A stretch of 64,000 nucleotides of DNA from Ascidiella aspersa (Eukaryota). The notes under the pieces are model-generated. The model saw only the letters and a list, made by a program, of their open reading frames with translations, searched no databases and was not told the origin of the DNA. Within the stretch, counting starts at the first letter, position 1, and the number at the start of each line of letters is the position of its first letter. Positions 47,221 to 60,643 of this stretch are shown piece after piece. The position numbers and the translations under genes were made by a program. Location: positions 1,178,001 to 1,242,000 of the forward strand of contig OZ004610.1 of assembly GCA_963924565.1 (NCBI GenBank), written 5' to 3'.

Positions 47221-50200
47221 CGTCACTATAGACTATTACGTCACCCTGTCGTATGACGTCACTCATTGTGGGCGGGATTAGGACGCGTCTGTGGTTAAAG
47301 GGCGCGTTTCGTCAAGGAAAAAGCGAGAAGTTTCTATTTCACATTATGACGTGAATATTGCAATTGTTGTAAACAGCGGTTCTGAAACTTTTTCTCATGT
47401 GTGAGAAATAGCAAAAAAACGCGTCACAATTTTTTATAAATGAAATCATGACAATCACGCAAACCACATAGCAAGGCGATTGGCAAATACCTTATTATCA
47501 TTTAGCTAATATATATTGTACATTCAGGTCTCACATGCTTGTCTGAATGATTTGTGATACAAATGGGTTATTAACCACAATAAGTTTTACACTTATGCGC
47601 TAAATTAAAGCGGTTGTCATGGTACAGTTTGAGAACCACTGTTTATGAACGACCCAACATTAAATAAAATCACATCTTTATTTGGTTCGACCGCAAGGCT
47701 CAAAATGTTGGAGTTGGTCGCAAACTACAAACTTCGAGCTCTGCGTCTGACCCACAATATTGCACCCGCAAAAAGATTTATTAACGTCCTTAATATATCA
47801 TTTTCTAATTAAAATATTAATATCAAGTCTGAATGTTATTGAAATATCGCTCTTTGTCCAGCTTGGCGAGCCTGGGTGTTCCGCGTTACTTTTTCGATTA
47901 TTTTCTTCGTTTTTTTGTAAGAAGCCGATTTTTAACGAAAAAAATGTTCAATTGTTCTTGCAAATTTTGGTTAATACTGAAATCCGCTATTTCGGTTAAG
48001 AGTTGCCGCGTTAGTTACTGCCGCAACTTTTCAACAACAATCGTAGCGCGTCTCTCTACTGTTACGTCACAATATAACGCCGCTTTTTTACCGATATGCA
48101 CTCGTCTTGTAGTTTACGTGTTTCGAGCAAAGCAAACAATGTGTACACATTTTTAGTGACGTCATAGATCGAGTTTTACGCTGGTGTGACGTCATACTCG
48201 TCTGACATAATCATGACGTCATTTTTGTAAGCATGGTGATTGGAGAACTCGCGGGAATAACGATGTTAGCACAAATGAATCACTACGAATTCCGAGGGTT
48301 TTGAGTTCGATCCAGCTGCTGTATCATTAGACAAATTCAGCGTTTTTCGTTTTTTGATAGCTCTAAAAAAGCTAGAATGAAATATGAACGTTCAAACCAT
48401 TCACAATTAAAAAAAAACATAATCTTCAAGATAATAAACAAAATGTGCATATTAGGCAACTATATTTATTATATAACAGTTTCGTTATACTTTGGCCCAC
48501 ATAACTATTTATTTATGTTGAAAAATGAATAAAGAGATATTCGAATGGAGCTTTGATGTATTAAAGTATGAGCTTTGATATTCTTACTACGTCTTACTAC
48601 AACCTTCAACCATTATGCTTCAAAGTTAATCCTAATTTTACCATACTTGATATAAAGAAAAACAAACCGTTTTTGTGTCGCTAAAACACATTTACTATAA
48701 TCACACAATAAAATTCAAGTGAAGCACTCATGTTATGCAATCCAACAGGTGAATTCATCATTAAAACTGTCGCATTCAAGTTTTCCACGTCAATGTCGCA
48801 CATTGCTTTTCGATGGACCCATCGTTTTTTTGTTTTCCAGTGTAGAAGAATTACAAAGTGTTGTTATTTCCGACCTTTTTTGCGTTTTTTCTTGGTTCCG
48901 TTTCTTTGTGTCCTAACCTGCTGTTATTAAATATCGCGCTTGAAATGAAATATTTACTGTAGTCCAAGTGTTGTCTGATAAACACAAAACATCTTGACCC
49001 ATTCATTCTAAAAAAATTAAAAAGTAGGAAAGTATAAATTACATAACACACAAGATTGACAAAGTGATGTGTTGTGTCAAAACACAATTACCGCAACTTG
49101 CAACTTCGATTATTTTCGAACACTGCTCAAAAAGATCACATTTTCTGGCGTTTTAGATATATCGAATACATCTTAGGCCTGTAAGTCTGTTGACATATAA
49201 CATTCAGCCTTGCATTATTATCATTTGCTCCAGATTGATTTGTTTTTTGTCGCAGAGCGCTGTTTGGAACGATCTTGTTCTTATTGAGATTTATTAAATG
49301 CAGCTTTCTTCCAATTGTGCTGTTTTGTTTGTAGTTGTACAGCTATAACGGTTGTACAAACAGTTGTAGAGAGCGTCAATATCGAATTGGCGGTACTCGT
49401 CCGATAAACAGTAATATAGGTTTTTCAGCCATGATTTGCGATCAAACACAACGATTTCTACGACGAAAGATTGATTTATCAATAACATTAATGGGAGGTA
49501 ACTTGGATTCTGTAAACTCTTTAACGCTAAGCTAAGTTGGAGCAAAATAATCGACTTTGTAAATTTACACGTTTATTTTATTTTTTTTTTTGCTTGTTTG
49601 TGTCATTTTAAAACAGTAACCTGCGCTTATATCAAAGCTTTTCACGTAACTGTGGCAAATGATAGCTTTAAGGCGTAATAATGTAAACCTTCTTTGACTT
49701 CAGCGATTTTGTTTCTGGTTGGAAACAATGTAAGTTGATTGCAGTTCGCGCCTGAATAGATCGGTTAAAAAACAAAAGGTAACTTCGAACTTAACAGATT
49801 AACGTATTGTTGGATTTATTGGAACTCATCCAACTATAAAACCTGAAGAGTCTCGAACGACTGATGCGAGTTAAACGCCCAAACCAAGCTAAAATATTAA
49901 GTTTTCACATGACTGAAAATTGTCAGTGGCAACAACATTGTTGTCACCTGCCAGTGACCGGCGAGAGGGTTCCGGCCTGCCAATGTAATTCATTGGGGAC
50001 GTCACTATATTACAAACTGGCCCAAGGGCCATTTCACACTAATTTAAAACTTTTGCGATTTTCGTATATCGTGGTGCATTTTCCTGCCTTTATCTTAATA
50101 AAATTAGACTGATTTAGGATTGCAAAAAAACTAGTTCTGCCCCTGATTGACAGTGGTTATACTGGTGCCGACCGCCAGCGGAAACTACTAGGAAGTAAAC

Positions 50201-53200
50201 TATCCGCACGGGAGCGGTAGAGCAACTCTATAATGTCAAAAGTTACGGTTTTATTTATAATTGTGTCCCTTAAAAATAATTTATTTGCACCCCTATATTG
50301 TTAGGTATACCGACAGTCAACTTAGGATTTAAAAAACACAAATGCGAACCAAAATATATTTTTACTTTGTTTGTTTTGTTTTTTTGTTTAATAACACTCG
50401 GTTGCAGATTAGAGGTCAGTGTTGTGGGACGCGAGGTTGTAGGTTACAGGTTACAATGTGTTTTGATTTAACGAAAATTTAGACTGGAATCAGTGAACTG
50501 AGTAAACAAGCATTTTCGTTTTTTTGCTAAGAGTATGTTTGTTGGATAACTCAAGCAAGTTCAATGTTTATGTGACAATTTGGCTTTGATCTAGAATCAT
50601 ACCATAACAAACATTATTTGGGTTGGGGTGTGGTTTTGGGTAGGTTAAGAAATAATATTAAACAATAAATATAATAATATTTGACGCACCCTCACGGCCC
50701 TCACCTAAATATTGTGCATCTAAAGCGAAACGTACTTCTTAGTTGCAATCTAATTCTATATAGCTGTTAACCGAACTTTAAATTTCACACCTCAGGAACC
50801 GGCTTATTCTTCCATAAATGGAAAATGGATTGGTTGCCCTACTTTGAGTTTCAAATTTTGGTAACAGGTTGGCGGCAAATAGCCTTTTTCTAATTTTTAA
50901 AAGTGTGTAAAAATTCGGATGCATGTTTATTTTTGGGGAATAAAAAAATAAATAATTGCTGGCCTGGCGCACCTGCCTTATAATTCACATTTATTTTCTA
51001 GACTACAGGTTGTATTATAGCAAGGTTTTAAGTTGACCCACTTGGCTGTTTAGCTGCAACAAATACAACCAAACAATTAATTTCCACTTCTGGACAACTC
51101 AACTTAAAGATGAAAACAAGAATAGAACACAGGATCAGAGGTATGTAAATATATTGAGTTTCTGTAACATTAAACGCATTTTAAAAACGGCTTGCAACAG
51201 AAAGGTTTGTCTCTGTTCTAGAATCCTACCACATTTTCGTCCAGGGTTTTATATTGCTAAGAATTAGTGGTTCTGGTTCAAGTGGATGGAGTATTATTAT
51301 TATATTTGTTCTACCATTTTTATTTCTTCTTTGCAATTTTCAATTTGACAACTCAGTCATTTCGTTGCTGTAAAAAAGTGTTAGGAATCTAGACCAGACG
51401 TCAAAGTACCAGCTACCTGGCTAACAAATGAGTTTAATTCAATGATGTATGCATTCCTGAGAAAGCCACTTCAAAATTAATTCAAACATACAAGCTTTCA
51501 TGTATTGTATACTATCTGTGTACTGGAGCTGATAAATGCAGTAACACATGCCTGCTAAGATGTAGGTTTGGGCACCAAGAGGTAGTCAACCTACAGAATC
51601 GTTTCGCGCTTGACCAGCTTACTTTGCACCGGATATTAAATATTCCGATAACGATATTAATTTTCTAATACATGCCCTGGTTTCTACGTTGTTGCACGGT
51701 CATTTCACCAAATTTTTTTTCATGACATGCCTTTTTAAAATTACCTGGATTGATAACAAGTTGACATCTTTAGGAAACAACGATAACAACCGGTGATTAA
51801 AATGTGGCCGCGTTAAACACCAGCAGGTTTTCAATTCCAGGTGCAATGTTGCACGCAGCAATGACGTTTTGAGTTTTTGTGATCCATATTTACTGAGATT
51901 TTAAAGGGGGTGACAACTGTCAAGACTTCAAGACCCTCCTGGGCAGAAAATCATTGATAAACGATATTCATGTTTGTGACCTATCGCAGTAATATTCTTA
52001 ACTCATCAAGATAATTTTTATATGCCTGTAGCATTCTCAATTAGAGTTAGAATTAGACAAAATTTCTACACAGCGTTTTACCTAGCATACTTGGCAAAAA
52101 AAAAATAACTAGGCTTTCATGAACCCCTGCTTTATAATTAAGCTGAACCACTGATTTGTAAACGAATAGCCTCAGGGATGATCTCTCCAAGCTCTCCGAC
52201 CTAACGATGTTCGTCGAAGAGAATTTCAGACTCTTTCCAACTGTTGCCATCGTTTCCAGATGTTTGGAACATCTGCTTCAAGTCTAAGGTACAAAAAACT
52301 TGTTGGAAGGGAATAGTGATGTTCATAGGACAATCATTGTCAGACATTTTTTAATAATTCCAGTCAAACCATTCGCAAAATAATCACAGTCCACATAAAT
52401 TAATATTCGAAAAATTAACCAGATCAAGGTCAAGTCAAGTTACTGGCATCAAAATTAAATGTTTTAAGCTTATAAATTGACAATATTTTACGTAGCAACT
52501 TTCCGTTGGATTATAAGTTAAAACTTTTCATGTTGTTCTGTTAAAATGTTAAATGTTGTGTAGCACTCGTTCAGCTTGATATCAGGGGCAGATCCAGAGG
52601 GTACAGTAATAAGTATTTTAAGAGATTTAATTATATACAAGCATACTGTTAGAACTATAATGAATGTGTGTTACTACTTTTTCATGTTAAATCTACAGAA
52701 TGCAAACTCTGTCCGAAACCAAAATCATCTTGATAAATGACACTTTATTGCAAGTAGGTTTCAACAAATGCACAACCTTTGTTAAGATTTTTTAGCTTTG
52801 ACCTACTCCGCACAACTTTTAGCTGTTTTTTTATTTATTAAAGCCAGTTTGGTGCTCGTTATATTTCGGTATATTTCACAGTTCTGTGAAAATGTATATA
52901 ATCTTCCGCGTAGTATTTAATGGCTCCGGTAATAAGTTTAAAAATTACTTATCTGAAAACAAACTTGGGTCGCATGTAAATGCTGATTTCATTATGTAAT
53001 TTGGGGTCGGTTAATAAAAAGGTTGGTGACCTGGTATAACATATCATGATTTTTTTAGTTTTTTATTTACATTTAATAAATTTTGTATGTTTGTTTTGTT
53101 TCCGTGTATTTCAGCTTCATGATTCAACCTTTAGGTTGAGAATCAACATCTCTTTAGTGAGAAGCAGCGGAAATAAAGTCTTCAGCTTTAAATGTCGGCA

Positions 53201-53742
53201 AACTTCATTTGAGATGGAGAGCACATGTTAAACTAGATTCTAGAAGAAGAATTACCTTTGCTTGTATTTTAATTACAAATGACTCGTTTTTTGTTGCAAA
53301 TAGAAACCTTTTCATTTGTGTGTTGTTCAACTTGATTTTCTCATTCATTTTTAACCAAACTCAAGGTGGCTACATTTCTCTTGTTAAAAAACTACTCTTT
53401 TCAAAAAAATACGTTTTAAATACTGGCTCATTTTTCAGAAGTTTCCAAATTTATTACCATGCATTTTATTAAAGTCTTAAAAACTCTTCTAAAGTTTAAA
53501 ATTTTTTTACTTATTTGGTTTTGTGTAAATATATTTCTTCCGAAAATTGTCCACATTTAATGTTTACAATGGTAAAATGTTTGGAACTTTTGGTATGTAG
53601 CCACCCTGTGTCCAATATATTGTTTCGTTATGATAACGATATCGGATCTTTGCTCGTTTTTCGTTTCGTTGTTGCAGAAAGCAACCTTTTCATGTGTGTG
53701 TTGTTCAACTTGATTTTCCTGTTGCTAATCGTCAAGCAAACT

Positions 53743-54013
53743 CAGGGTGGCTACGATCTTGAACTTTACAGAAATGCCTTAAAGATCTAAACGCTAACTT
53801 TTTTTCTAATGTGAGCATTATTAACATTAATCCTTTGCTATTTCCTTGTATTATGTACATTAAAGTAAATCTGAGAGTTAAAAACTAAAACATCTCGGGT
53901 TTTTTTACAGTAAAGACGTTTTTTAATATCAAAGTTGTTCAAATTTCATGTTTACTTTAGTAAACTATTTAGATAAAACAAAACCAGGAGTTACTGGTCT
54001 CGTAGCCACCCTG
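53743..54013. mobile_element. MITE with cagggtggctac TIRs; second copy at ~53362-53608 within a tandem duplication
   Basis: actcagggtggctacga/tcgtagccaccctgagt inverted ends; flanking sequence duplicated (53283-53372 vs 53653-53754). Confidence 0.75.
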
Positions 54014-54790
54014 AGTGTTACTTATTAGGAATGTCCAGTATATCGTTTCATTCCGATAACGATGCCCGATATTTTACGCAAAAAGCTTGGACGTCTTATT
54101 CGATACAAAAAGACGTCAATACTGTGTAGTAAATTAGACAAATTAAAGGCAATCATAATGTAAAACAAAAAATTGATTCAATTTTTCTTTTTTGAAATTC
54201 ACCTTTAAAAAAATAGCATTTACATTTTGGCTAAGCTTGGATTCAAACATTTGCGTATCGAATATCTTCCTTCCAATACGGGACATTTCTACAACACGAA
54301 TTAGTGTAAGTTGGGAGTTTTTGGTACAGGGGTTGTGCAAAACCCCTGCAAAGTCGAAGTAACAAGGGTAAAAAAGATTAGCGTTATAAAGTATGTATAA
54401 ACCGGATGCCATCAAGCTAATTGATAGTTTAACTATAAACTGCGAAATAGTATAAATTATATAACCCAAAACATCGCTATTGGTTGATAACATTGATTCT
54501 GTTGTCTCATTCCGGTTAGCGATTCCAACGTAAATGGAAGGAACTTCCGCTGCACTTTACAAACCTGTAACGGAAATTTTGCATGCGCTGGCTTCACTAC
54601 TTCGTCTTTATCCTGTTTATTATTGTGTTGTTTGCATTTTAGTCGCAGTTTGCCTTTGTTGTGCTTCTGTTTTTCGTTGTGTACTTAGCGCCAAATAAAG
54701 CAATAAGATCGGAACTCTACTTAGTAATGAAATACTTATAAATCTCCAACACTTTACTTAATCCTAGAAAATAGAAATTTTAAGCAAAAG

Positions 54791-55081
54791 GTATGTTCGG
54801 GAACCCTAACGGGTTCCCTGCCGATTGGGGCCCTGCGGGCCCCGGAGGGGCCCTTCGGGCCCTATTACACTTTGACGGGCGGGATGGCGTGGGGGCCCTT
54901 CGGGCCCCTTGCTGTCCTGTTGGGTGGCTCTGGATGGTTTGGGGGGCTGTTGGGGCCCGAACGGCCCCGGTGAGTTGCTGATGGGGACCGCGGGGCCTGC
55001 GGGCGGCCTACTATACCCGGGATTTGATCCGGAACCCTACCGACTCGGAGTCAGGACTCTTATCCGGCGCGCCGCGGGCCC
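54791..55081 (-). mobile_element. GC-rich element: tRNA-Arg-like head (55081-55016) followed by multiple hairpins; SINE-like
   Basis: GGGCCCGCGGCGCGCCGGATAAGAGTCCTGACTCCGAGTCGGTAGGGTTCCGGATCAAATCCCGG resembles tRNA D, anticodon and T arms but has no acceptor stem; a T-run follows the 3' end. Confidence 0.55.
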
Positions 55082-56249
55082 GTTTCACTTTAAGGCAGTA
55101 AAATCAAATATGAATTAAAGTTAGGGTAGTTCCCTATATGTACTATAATACAGTACTAACCATGGGTCGTTATAAGTAGTTTTTGACGGGCTTGATTCCA
55201 TCGGTCAACTTAGGGTTGCGGTTAGGGATTAGGATTGCGGTTAGGTAGGTGCAGGTTCGAATCTAGGCGTGGCAGGCAGGATAACCTTCTTCTCTCTCCC
55301 ACAGATCACTGGAAACCATGGAAAAAGTATGGAAAATAAGTGATATCGCAAACCCACTCAAATAATGTAGTAACTGCTCTCTATGAAGGTGTGGAAAACA
55401 TTAATAAAAACTACATCATACGTGGAGAAAAAAACAAAAAACCTCAAGAATTTAAAAGTGACGAAAATTTTTTACACTACCCACTACTACACATACATAT
55501 CAGAGCGACTAATAGAGCGACAAAAAGGTTTTTCGCGTGACGCAGCAGTTTATTTAATAAATTTTAGAATTCTCATTACGTTACACAAGCAAGTTTATAA
55601 TAATGGGCGAATAGCCTATACTCGTTCGATATTTTGGAGAGGTGTATCGACGTCTAACAGACGTATTATTTAATGTATTTATTTAGTAACCAAAAACAGC
55701 ATTTGCCTACTGCATTTAACGCAAAAACAATACTGGCCTAAATTAATAATGTTCCTGTCAGATTATTGGTAATACCTCGACAAAACATACAAAAACGAAA
55801 AACGCAAAAATAGTAACCCAATTTTGAGCATTCGCCACAATATTATATGTACGCTAGTTAACCTATTCTAATTCATAGAGTTGTAACAGCTAATATCACC
55901 TAACATATTTAATCACTGATATGGGGCATAAGGGTTTAAATCACCGATCACCTGTTTTAATATTCCTACCAGATCGCGATAATTTTTAAACGCCTGTATC
56001 TTGCAACCTTTAAATTAAATGAAGATTTCCAGTATAGGTTATCGAAACGTCGGTGAATGTAATAAAAAACAATATTGCTGTAATAACAATTTCACAACCG
56101 ATTTGCACCTTTTTAGGAATATTCGCGACGTTTCTGTGGTTTCGGGACAACTTTCCACTCAAAAAGCTCCTGCTGTGAATCAATTTTTAATCTGTAAAAT
56201 ATTACACTGAGAGCACTCCAGCAAAATATAGAAAAAATAAATTGACATT

Positions 56250-56435
56250 GTTACCGTGAAGAATTCGTAAGACTAGAATTAGAATGAACTTACACAAGCG
56301 TTATATAGAAGGTGTCTCGTTGATTTTTGAAGAACTTCAAATAGTTTGACAAGATATAGTTACCGTGTAGAATGTTACAGACATAGGATTAATAGGTACT
56401 TACACAAGCCTTATATAGAAGTTGTCTCGTTGATT
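56250..56435. repeat. direct duplication of ~77 bp (gttaccgtg...acttacacaagc...tgtctcgttgatt)
   Basis: Two copies starting near 56250 and 56358. Confidence 0.85.
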
Positions 56436-59029
56436 GCTTGGGCCCGAGCCGATCAGCGGTTGATATACCGGCCAAACACAAATAGATTTTCATAAATACG
56501 AATAAATTCTTTTCTAACTTTAACATTTTTTTAAAATTTTGTGTCCCAATGTAGCATATAGCCTACTTTTACGTCACTATACACGTGACCATTGTCCACT
56601 GACGTGTGACCGCCGCACCTAGCGAATTGCTTTTCCGCATTTGACAATTCATTCTATTTTATACGTCTTACTGATTAGCGGCTTGAATCACCGCTCTGTT
56701 TATCGCTGTATTTCTGAGATTTGTGAATATACTCTATGAGCAACTATCTACTGAGTGGATTGTCTTTGCTTAGAGTACAAGAAGTTAAGGACAGGTATTC
56801 TAGCGGCCTGCTCCTTTGGAGTCGGATTAAGAACTTGTAAGAGACTTAGGCAGCCGTCGGCCCTCGTCTATAGGGTCAGCAGCCTTCTTATAGCTCCCAA
56901 CAACCCCTCTACGCTTCACCCAAATGCTTTGTTGAAGTGTCTTGTAAAAAAAACCTTTTGATTTTTCAGTTTGAATTGCACAAGCTTCAGGCGTTTATAT
57001 ATGACGGAGAGCGGTTATGAATCTTGTCAAATAACTTAGTTGAAATTAAGTGCATGGGCTGCCAACCTAAGTTGAACGGCTATACTTTTAATAAACCGAA
57101 CAAATTGTCGAAATGTTGGCCTTTTAGTAAGACAATTTTAAAGAGCCATGTATGCAGAGGCGTAGCGATGGTATTTGGCGCCCCTCCATGTTTAATCACA
57201 TTTTCTATTACAATAACATAATATACCTTACTTTATACGAAAAAACGGTTCAAATTGTAATACAACATTGTATTTAAGGGAAGAAGCAGCCTCATTTTGG
57301 CGCCCCTGTACCTTGGCGCCCGGGGACATATGTACCCCACATATCGCTTTGCAAGGTTTTTAAACAACGCTGTTTTACCACAAACCCTTTTAAGTGCTAC
57401 AAGTCTAAAGTTAAAACAGCTTTTCGGAAGACTGTAACGTTTAATTCCGCCGATTTTACATTACTTTGATGATACATTCCGCAATCCATAAAAATTACTT
57501 TCTTCGATGGGTTAAATGAATTATTTGGTGACGGGTTAAATGAATTATTTGGTGAATAATCATAAGCTTACGAGTTTCAATTTACTTTTATGCATCTTTG
57601 CAATCGTGAAAAAGAGAGCTTAAAGAATACCATAAGGACAGCGAATGGACCTTACGGTCATCCAGTCGAGCTGCCATAAACTATAAACAATTAGCTAAAA
57701 GCCTGATCGAAAACAACAAACTTACCGGAGAGTGCAGTTGTTCAGTAAGAACGATCTTTCCACCTTGGCACCATTCCAGCACTGACACGTTTTTCCTTTT
57801 TTCCATTTTGCAATCTGCCGAAAAAGGAATTTCATTCCGCGCTGATTAGGTCACGTGACGGCTTCAGCAGCCTTAAGCATCGACACTGTTTGTTATTTAT
57901 GTGAAAATGTAAAAGCAATGCAGTGTTTACCAATATTACTGTACTGGTACTACAAGTATATACATTGGTACCAGGCTTTAAGTTCACGTCCAGCTAAAAT
58001 CTATATGAACTTTGTTGTGCAATCTCAAGCGCATATAAGCTTCCGGTTTCTAATAAATCGTAACCTATAGTTCCTTTCCTTTAGTATGCGCCACAATTCG
58101 TTGTACTTTTCGTCGCCGTGACATGCATTGGCTGTCGCTTAAATCACATCACTGCAATTCGTACGCTGCTTAAACAGAAATCAGATTGCAAGACGCGTTT
58201 TTTTTTCTAGCTTGCCAAGAAAGCTAGTCGTGGAATTTACAGCTAATCAAATAACATCCAGCTGCCAACCCCGTAGTTTGAAACACTTACAACCGGTTTA
58301 CTATGCCGGTTCAGGTTCGGTTTGGATTCAAAGGTTTATTGGAATTCCATGGGTCCCGCACTTTCCGTACAACCGTTTTAACTAACTTTGTTGAAAACGA
58401 ATAAAAAAAATTCGAAACGTTCAAAATGTTACCTACTGCTATATGAGCTTTCATATTTATTCAATGTCTAACTAAAACCTTCAGCCATCATCTTAAGATT
58501 TATTCCAAACTTTCACTAAATGCTTCCTACTTCTTTATGGGCTTTGATATCCAGTGCGGTTGGCTGGAAGCGTCAACGAAAATGCTTTGTAAATTAGCCG
58601 GTTCAAGTTCGCTTCGGGTCCAAGGATTTATTTGGAATCCGGTTCGAAGTAACTTAAAAGTTCCGGTTTGGATACACTTGACTATGAGGTGCGTTTCACC
58701 TCAAATACGGGTCAATAAATATAGAGAATAGCCGAATTATTGAATTGTAACTTATATTTAATTAAAGTTTTGTGACGTATTCAAAACAGGCAGCTCGTTA
58801 TTGAAATATCTAAAAAAAAACAAAAAAACTTTTTATTAAATGAATAGTCATTTTCACTTAAATTGCGAAAATGGCATAACTTGACCCTGTATTGACAGAT
58901 GCGGGTTGAAGCGAAGTCGCCCAAAACCGGTTCATAAAGTTCGGTTTTGGTTTTAATTCGACTCCCTGGTTTTAAATAGACTCGTTTACAAATGAATCAA
59001 TTCAGTTTTGTCTAAAATGTAGTAAAATT

Positions 59030-59305
59030 ATCGAAGTCCATACAGAAGTAGTTATCATTTTGAAGATTTCGAATTTCTCTTTATTTATTTTCAGCATATT
59101 TTTGAATAGATGTATTTCAACGTTCACAAAATGATACCTACTTCTGATGGACTTTGATATCCATTCTACGTCTTACTACACCCTCCAGCTATAAGTCCAA
59201 CTACAACCTCAAATTATTATCGAAGATTTATTTGTAACGTTTAAAATGTTACCTACTTCTGTATGGGCTTTTGATATTCATTCTTACTGCAACCTCCAGC
59301 TATTA
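59030..59305. repeat. dispersed repeat family (cctacttctgtatgggctttgatatt...ctacgtcttactacaacctccagccat); copies at ~27190-27315, 41835-41985, 48545-48620 and 58430-58550
   Basis: At least five recognisable copies, some tandem or head-to-head. Confidence 0.8.
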
Positions 59306-59949
59306 TGTGCCAAGGCAAAAATGTACTTTTATATTTTGCACAGAATGCATGATGCTCGCGATCCCATTGTCACTTCATGCTTAACTATTCCGCCACAATC
59401 AGTTTATGTCCCGTGCCTGAAGCCCATGTTAATCGCTGCAAGTTTGATGCTCGATGCTCGTTGGACACTTATTGTGAAAAGGACACCAGACGGTTCATCC
59501 TTGCCCAGAGAACATCCAAAAAAAAACCTAAAATGTAGTGACGTCATCGTTTTTGCTCTTTGTAGCTGTCGACTCCTATTTAGTTTTCTATTGAATTTTC
59601 TTTTAAAATTAAACAATATTAACCATAGATAATTACGTAGAAACATTGGGGATTTAGTTGTATTCAAGTTAACTATTTTATTTTAGGTTATTTTTTTTAA
59701 TTTTAGCAATAATACCAGAAGATAATTTTCTAGAAACATTGCGGATTTGTTTTTATTCAAAATCAATTCTGAATAGTTGCATTGTTTTTCATCAACACTT
59801 TCTGATGTTTTTATGGAATTATTTTGACCTTCGTCCAGGGAAAAACATAATGGTGGTTGGTTTATTTCTTAGATAAATGTCCCAACAAACCACAATCTAC
59901 CCTCTCTACCCCAACGCGTAAGCATAAATATAAACATTATCACAAGTTT

Positions 59950-60033
59950 ATGTTTCTGGTTGTTTTATTGATGATCACACGAATAAACAACGGATCCATG
60001 AAGATACTTCGTTGTTACTTCTCGGTGATTCAT
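59950..60033 (-). other. 3' non-coding exon of the peptide gene with AATAAA (59969-59964)
   Basis: tcttttcag acceptor at 60035-60034; sequence conserved in a second copy at 63900-63971. Confidence 0.7.
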
Positions 60034-60195
60034 CTGAAAAGATATAAAAGTTTAATGAATTATAAATAGACCCCCCCCCCACCCAAAAAAAGTTCGTTTA
60101 GTATCAATAAGTTTTGTAATACTGGTAAGACGAAATTAGTTTCTAAAAAACATTGCAAAGCGAAAAGTATTTTTTTAAATAAAACTAACCTTAAT

Positions 60196-60248
60196 TTATT
60201 CTTGCTCGTCTTGGTTTGTATCGAGCTCTTGTATTTCGGAGTTTTGAG
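60196..60248 (-). CDS. same precursor, coding exon 2: acidic propiece AQNSEIQELDTNQDEQE*
   Basis: ctttctttctag acceptor, phase 1 compatible, TAA at 60198-60196; donor AAG|gttagt after 60190. Confidence 0.82.
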
Positions 60249-60367
60249 CTAGAAAGAAAGTCAAATTGTTTAGCATGATTTTTTTAATTGAAATAAAGCA
60301 TATATTATGAAAACTACGCTCATAAAATTACACAATTAGGTTCTTGAAGAACTTCATTCAAACCTAC

Positions 60368-60560
60368 CTTCTTGATCATAAACTCCATGCGGATGGCAAT
60401 AAGGAATTGAATACTTGCATTTGCAATAATTACCACCGTGCTTGCATTGGCAAAAAAAACCAATGGATTTGAGAACCTTGACTTTTTTCCAGTAACCCTC
60501 GCTCTGATCAACTAGAAGTAGGAGGCCAAGTAGAAGCGCCATCATAACAAACTTGTTCAT
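60368..60560 (-). CDS. secreted cationic Cys-rich peptide precursor (putative antimicrobial peptide), coding exon 1: MNKFVMMALLLGLLLLVDQSEG-YWKKVKVLKSIGFFCQCKHGGNYCKCKYSIPYCHPHGVYDQE
   Basis: Acceptor tttttcag directly before the ATG; hydrophobic signal peptide ending SEG; donor AAG|gtaggt, phase 1. Confidence 0.85.
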
Positions 60561-60643
60561 CTGAAAAACATACAAGAATTTGCGCAAAATATTTGAATGA
60601 TATATGCTAGAACCACTAACATATGTTGATTACTGACACTTAC

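Noticed and set aside
55016-55081. Functional tRNA-Arg gene
   Set aside because: No 3' acceptor-stem strand and a degenerate T loop
54793-55118. Gly/Pro-rich ORFs resembling collagen; UUCG RNA tetraloops on the plus strand
   Set aside because: No Gly-X-Y register; the stems pair perfectly only in the 3-nt loop register
57620-57820. Minus-strand exon-like blocks with gtaag donors
   Set aside because: Overlap a dispersed repeat also present at ~28508-28562; no coherent protein
60354-60587. ORF-track 77-aa version of the peptide (MRKFLYVFQ...GRFE)
   Set aside because: Runs into introns at both ends; the spliced model has canonical sites and a coherent acidic tail
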